A stretch of 64,000 bases of DNA, taken from contig CACGZG010000002.1 of the NCBI GenBank assembly GCA_902577525.1, positions 19,222 to 83,221 on the forward strand. The letters are read 5' to 3'. The notes beneath the pieces were generated by a model, which saw only the letters and a program-made list of their open reading frames with translations, searched no databases and was not told the DNA's origin. Both the position numbers and the translations under genes were made by a program. Numbering within the stretch: the first letter of the stretch is position 1; every line of letters starts with the position of its first letter. This DNA comes from an uncultured Pelagibacteraceae bacterium (GTDB lineage Bacteria; Pseudomonadota; Alphaproteobacteria; Pelagibacterales; Pelagibacteraceae). Positions 61,126 through 64,000 of the stretch are shown here, piece after piece.

Positions 61126-62488
61126 ATTTCGATAAATCTGTATCTTTCACAAGGTTTTCAAGATTTTTATTAATATAATCCTTATTAATTATTATTTTTT
61201 CTCCAGATCTATCTGTAGCAGTAAAACTTATCTCATCTAAAATTTTTTCTATAATTGTATGCAATCTTCTCGCACCAATATTTTCCACAGTTGAATTTAC
61301 TTCAGATGCAATATTTGCAATTGCATCTATTCCATCATCAGAGAACTCAAGATCAACATTTTCAGTTTTTAAAAGAGCTATGTATTGTTTAATTAAACTG
61401 TAATCTGGTTCTTTTAGAATTCTTTTAAAGTCATCGCTTGTTAAGGCTTCTAATTCAACTCTGATAGGTAATCTACCTTGTAACTCCGGTAACAAATCAG
61501 AGGGTTTAGCAAGCTGGAAAGCACCTGAAGCGATAAATAAAATATGGTCAGTTTTTATTGGACCATATTTAGTATTTACAGTCGTACCTTCAATAAGAGG
61601 TAGCAAGTCTCTTTGAACACCTTCTCTTGAAACGTCTCCACCTACCCTGTCGGTTCTTCCTGATATTTTGTCTATCTCATCTAAAAAAACTATACCGTTA
61701 TTTTCAGTTGATATTTTTGCAGCTTTGATGATTTTATCTTGTTCAATTAATTTATCAGATTCGTCATTTAATAAAATTTCATGAGATTCTTTAACGGTCA
61801 TTTTTTTCTTTTTTTCCTTAGTGCCGATAGATTTACCAAGCATTTCACCAATATTGATCATCCCAACATTTGCACCTGGCATTCCTGGTATTTCAAAAGA
61901 GGTAGAGTTGCCACCGGAGTCACTTACTGCAATTTCTATTTCATTATTATCTAAATCACCGTTTCTTAGTCTTTGTCTAAAACTCTCTCTTGTCGCAGCA
62001 CTTGCCTTTTTGCCAACTAAGGCATCTAAAACTTTTTCTTCAGCAAGCTTCTGAGCTTTAGCTTTTACTTCTTTTCTTTTTTTTATTTTTTCCATTGAAA
62101 TAGCAATTTCAACTAAATCTCTTACTATTTGTTCGACATCTCTTCCAACATATCCAACTTCAGTGAATCTTGTAGCTTCAACTTTTACAAATGGTGCTTC
62201 TGCTAATTTTGATAATCTCCTTGAAATTTCTGTTTTACCAACACCTGTCGGTCCAATCATAAGAATATTTTTTGGTAAAACTTCATTTTTCATTTCCCCT
62301 TTTAATGCTTGTCTTCTCCATCTGTTTCTAAGCGCTACAGCAACTGCTCTTTTTGCTTTGTTTTGTCCAACTACAAATCTATCTAATTCTGAAACAATTT
62401 CTCTTGGTGAAAGTGATGTACCTAATGATGATTCATTTGACGAATTTTTATCCTTTGGATGTAATTTTGTGACGTTTGATTTATCCAT
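61115..62488 (-). CDS. hslU: ATP-dependent protease ATPase subunit HslU
   Basis: [29 protein letters not shown]. Confidence 0.97.
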   Translation of the reverse strand: MDKSNVTKLHPKDKNSSNESSLGTSLSPREIVSELDRFVVGQNKAKRAVAVALRNRWRRQALKGEMKNEVLPKNILMIGPTGVGKTEISRRLSKLAEAPFVKVEATRFTEVGYVGRDVEQIVRDLVEIAISMEKIKKRKEVKAKAQKLAEEKVLDALVGKKASAATRESFRQRLRNGDLDNNEIEIAVSDSGGNSTSFEIPGMPGANVGMINIGEMLGKSIGTKEKKKKMTVKESHEILLNDESDKLIEQDKIIKAAKISTENNGIVFLDEIDKISGRTDRVGGDVSREGVQRDLLPLIEGTTVNTKYGPIKTDHILFIASGAFQLAKPSDLLPELQGRLPIRVELEALTSDDFKRILKEPDYSLIKQYIALLKTENVDLEFSDDGIDAIANIASEVNSTVENIGARRLHTIIEKILDEISFTATDRSGEKIIINKDYINKNLENLVKDTDLSKFIL

Positions 62489-63003
62489 TATATTTTTTCT
62501 GTTTTAATATTATTATTTGTGAAAACACATATTTCTGAAGCAACTTCGATTGCTTTTTTGGCGAGCTGTTCTGCACTCATATCAGTTGCCATTAAAACCT
62601 TTCCTGCAGCAAGTGCATAATTTCCTCCAGAGCCAATTCCAATTACATCACCTTCTGGCTCTAAAACATCTCCAGTACCTGAGATTATATAACTATTTTC
62701 TTTATCTCCTACAGCCATTAATGCCTCTAATCTTCTTAAATATTTGTCAGTTCTCCAATCTTTAGCTAACTCCACAGCAGCTCTCGACAGATTACCAGCG
62801 TGTTTCTCTAATTTTGCTTCTAATCTTTCAAAAAGTGTTAATGCATCAGCTGTTGAACCCGCAAAACCGGCAACTACATTTCTTTTCTCAATTTTTCTAA
62901 CTTTTGAGGCAGTGCTTTTAACTACTGTGTTACCCATACTGACCTGTCCATCTCCAGCTACAACCACTTCATTATTTTTTCTTACTAGAACAATTGTTGT
63001 CAT
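62488..63003 (-). CDS. hslV: ATP-dependent protease subunit HslV
   Basis: N-terminal MTTI nucleophile, [19 protein letters not shown]. Confidence 0.97.
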   Translation of the reverse strand: MTTIVLVRKNNEVVVAGDGQVSMGNTVVKSTASKVRKIEKRNVVAGFAGSTADALTLFERLEAKLEKHAGNLSRAAVELAKDWRTDKYLRRLEALMAVGDKENSYIISGTGDVLEPEGDVIGIGSGGNYALAAGKVLMATDMSAEQLAKKAIEVASEICVFTNNNIKTEKI

Positions 63004-63010
63004 ACCTGTT

Positions 63011-63038
63011 AAATGGATACTAATTTAAATAGTTCAAG
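63011..63038 (-). promoter_or_regulatory. sigma32-like promoter of hslVU
   Basis: Minus strand CTTGAA-N14-ATCCATTT, ending 7 nt before the hslV ATG. Confidence 0.62.
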
Positions 63039-63094
63039 CCCAGGCTTAGTATTATTGCCATAATTGAATAATATATGTATACCTGTTTTTAATT

Positions 63095-63685
63095 ATGAAA
63101 CGTAAAGGGAAAATTAGTAGAAAAACTAAAGAGACCAGTATTAGTGTTGACTTGAATATAGATGGTAAAGGGAAATATAAAATTAACACAGGTATAGGTT
63201 TTTTAAATCATATGCTTGAGCAATTATCCAAGCACTCCTCCATAGATATGAATATTAAAGCCAAAGGAGATACTCATATTGATTTACATCACACAACAGA
63301 AGATACAGGAATTGCAATTGGAGAGGCTCTAAAAAAAGCGTCGAAAAAATTTGTTGGAATTAGAAGGTATGCACACGCAATTATTCCTATGGACGAAACA
63401 TTAACACGTGTTGCAATTGATGTTTCTAATAGACCATATTTAATTTGGAAAGTTAAGCTTAAAGTAGAAAAGCTTGGAGAAATGGATACAGAACTATTTA
63501 AAGAATGGTTTCAAGCATTCTCTCAAGCTGCTGGAATTACTTTACATGTTGAAAATATTTATGGTGATAACAGTCACCATATTATTGAGTCTTGCTTTAA
63601 AGGATTAGCAAGATCTTTAAGAACTGCATTGGAAATGGACCCTAGGAATAAAAAATCAATTCCTTCTACTAAAGGTTCTTTATAA
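63095..63685 (+). CDS. hisB: Imidazoleglycerol-phosphate dehydratase
   Basis: [22 protein letters not shown]. Confidence 0.96.
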   Translation: MKRKGKISRKTKETSISVDLNIDGKGKYKINTGIGFLNHMLEQLSKHSSIDMNIKAKGDTHIDLHHTTEDTGIAIGEALKKASKKFVGIRRYAHAIIPMDETLTRVAIDVSNRPYLIWKVKLKVEKLGEMDTELFKEWFQAFSQAAGITLHVENIYGDNSHHIIESCFKGLARSLRTALEMDPRNKKSIPSTKGSL

Positions 63686-63690
63686 GTTTA

Positions 63691-64000
63691 ATGAATGTTA
63701 TAATTGTTGATTATAATTCGGGCAACATTAGCTCGGTAATAAACTCTTTTAAAAAAGTTGCAAAAGATAAAGTAAATATCACTGTGACCGCTGATCTAAA
63801 CAAAATTAAATCTACTGATAAGGTTGTTTTACCAGGGCAGGGTTCATTTAAAAGCTGTATAGATGCTTTAAATAAAATTAATGGTCTTACAGACACATTA
63901 AATGAATTTGCGATAACTAATAAAAAACCTCTTCTTGGAATTTGTGTTGGCTTACAGATGTTTGCTGATATTGGTTACGAAGAAACCGAAACCAAAGGGT
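63691..64000 (+). CDS. hisH: Imidazole glycerol phosphate synthase subunit HisH; runs off the right window edge
   Basis: Manual translation MNVIIVDYNSGNISSV...VVLPGQG...LGICVGLQM. Confidence 0.93.
   Translation, partial: MNVIIVDYNSGNISSVINSFKKVAKDKVNITVTADLNKIKSTDKVVLPGQGSFKSCIDALNKINGLTDTLNEFAITNKKPLLGICVGLQMFADIGYEETETKG

Noticed and set aside
669-63896. Many short track ORFs antisense to or nested in core genes (e.g. 669-896, 1388-1663, 4431-4676, 8608-9195, 10502-10885, 14381-14716, 23917-24399, 29185-29559, 47656-47985, 62163-62507, 63711-63896)
   Set aside because: They are shadow frames of well-supported genes, with no recognisable motifs.
1-64000. rRNA, tRNA, tmRNA, CRISPR array, prophage
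   Set aside because: All non-coding gaps are short and accounted for. I saw no cloverleaf, spaced repeats or phage genes by eye; tRNAscan and Rfam were not run.

Overview
A very A/T-rich, tightly packed alphaproteobacterial chromosome segment. Gene content and proteins look like Candidatus Pelagibacter (SAR11); this is inferred from protein and synteny recognition, with no database search. It is almost all core genome: rubrerythrin/irr/fabABI, the miaB-to-pnp translation cluster, grpE-dnaK-dnaJ, leuS-lptE-holA, the parB-parA-rsmG-mnmG-mnmE-rho-hemJ-hemH-hemE block, and ppsR-maf-aroE-coaE-dnaQ through hslUV and hisBH. The probable replication origin is at 54128-54430 (DnaA boxes), with a parS site at 45301. 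I found no rRNA, tRNA, CRISPR array, transposase or integrase. Main observations beyond the ORF track: (1) an unannotated 39-aa ArfA-like ribosome-rescue ORF (34926-35045) behind a CenR-like regulator with a degenerate receiver domain; (2) a LicD-family plus SAM-methyltransferase pair wedged against oriC and transcribed into it; (3) a TPR-sulfotransferase inside the rho-mnmE junction; (4) three Irr/ICE-like boxes, two of them an identical 19-bp inverted pair flanking irr; (5) +1 homopolymer frameshifts in hemH (removing a C-X6-C-X-C tail) and ppsR, possibly sequencing errors; (6) a terminator-like hairpin abutting the nusA RBS; (7) a purine-repeat pnp leader; (8) sigma32-like promoters predicting near-leaderless grpE and hslV.
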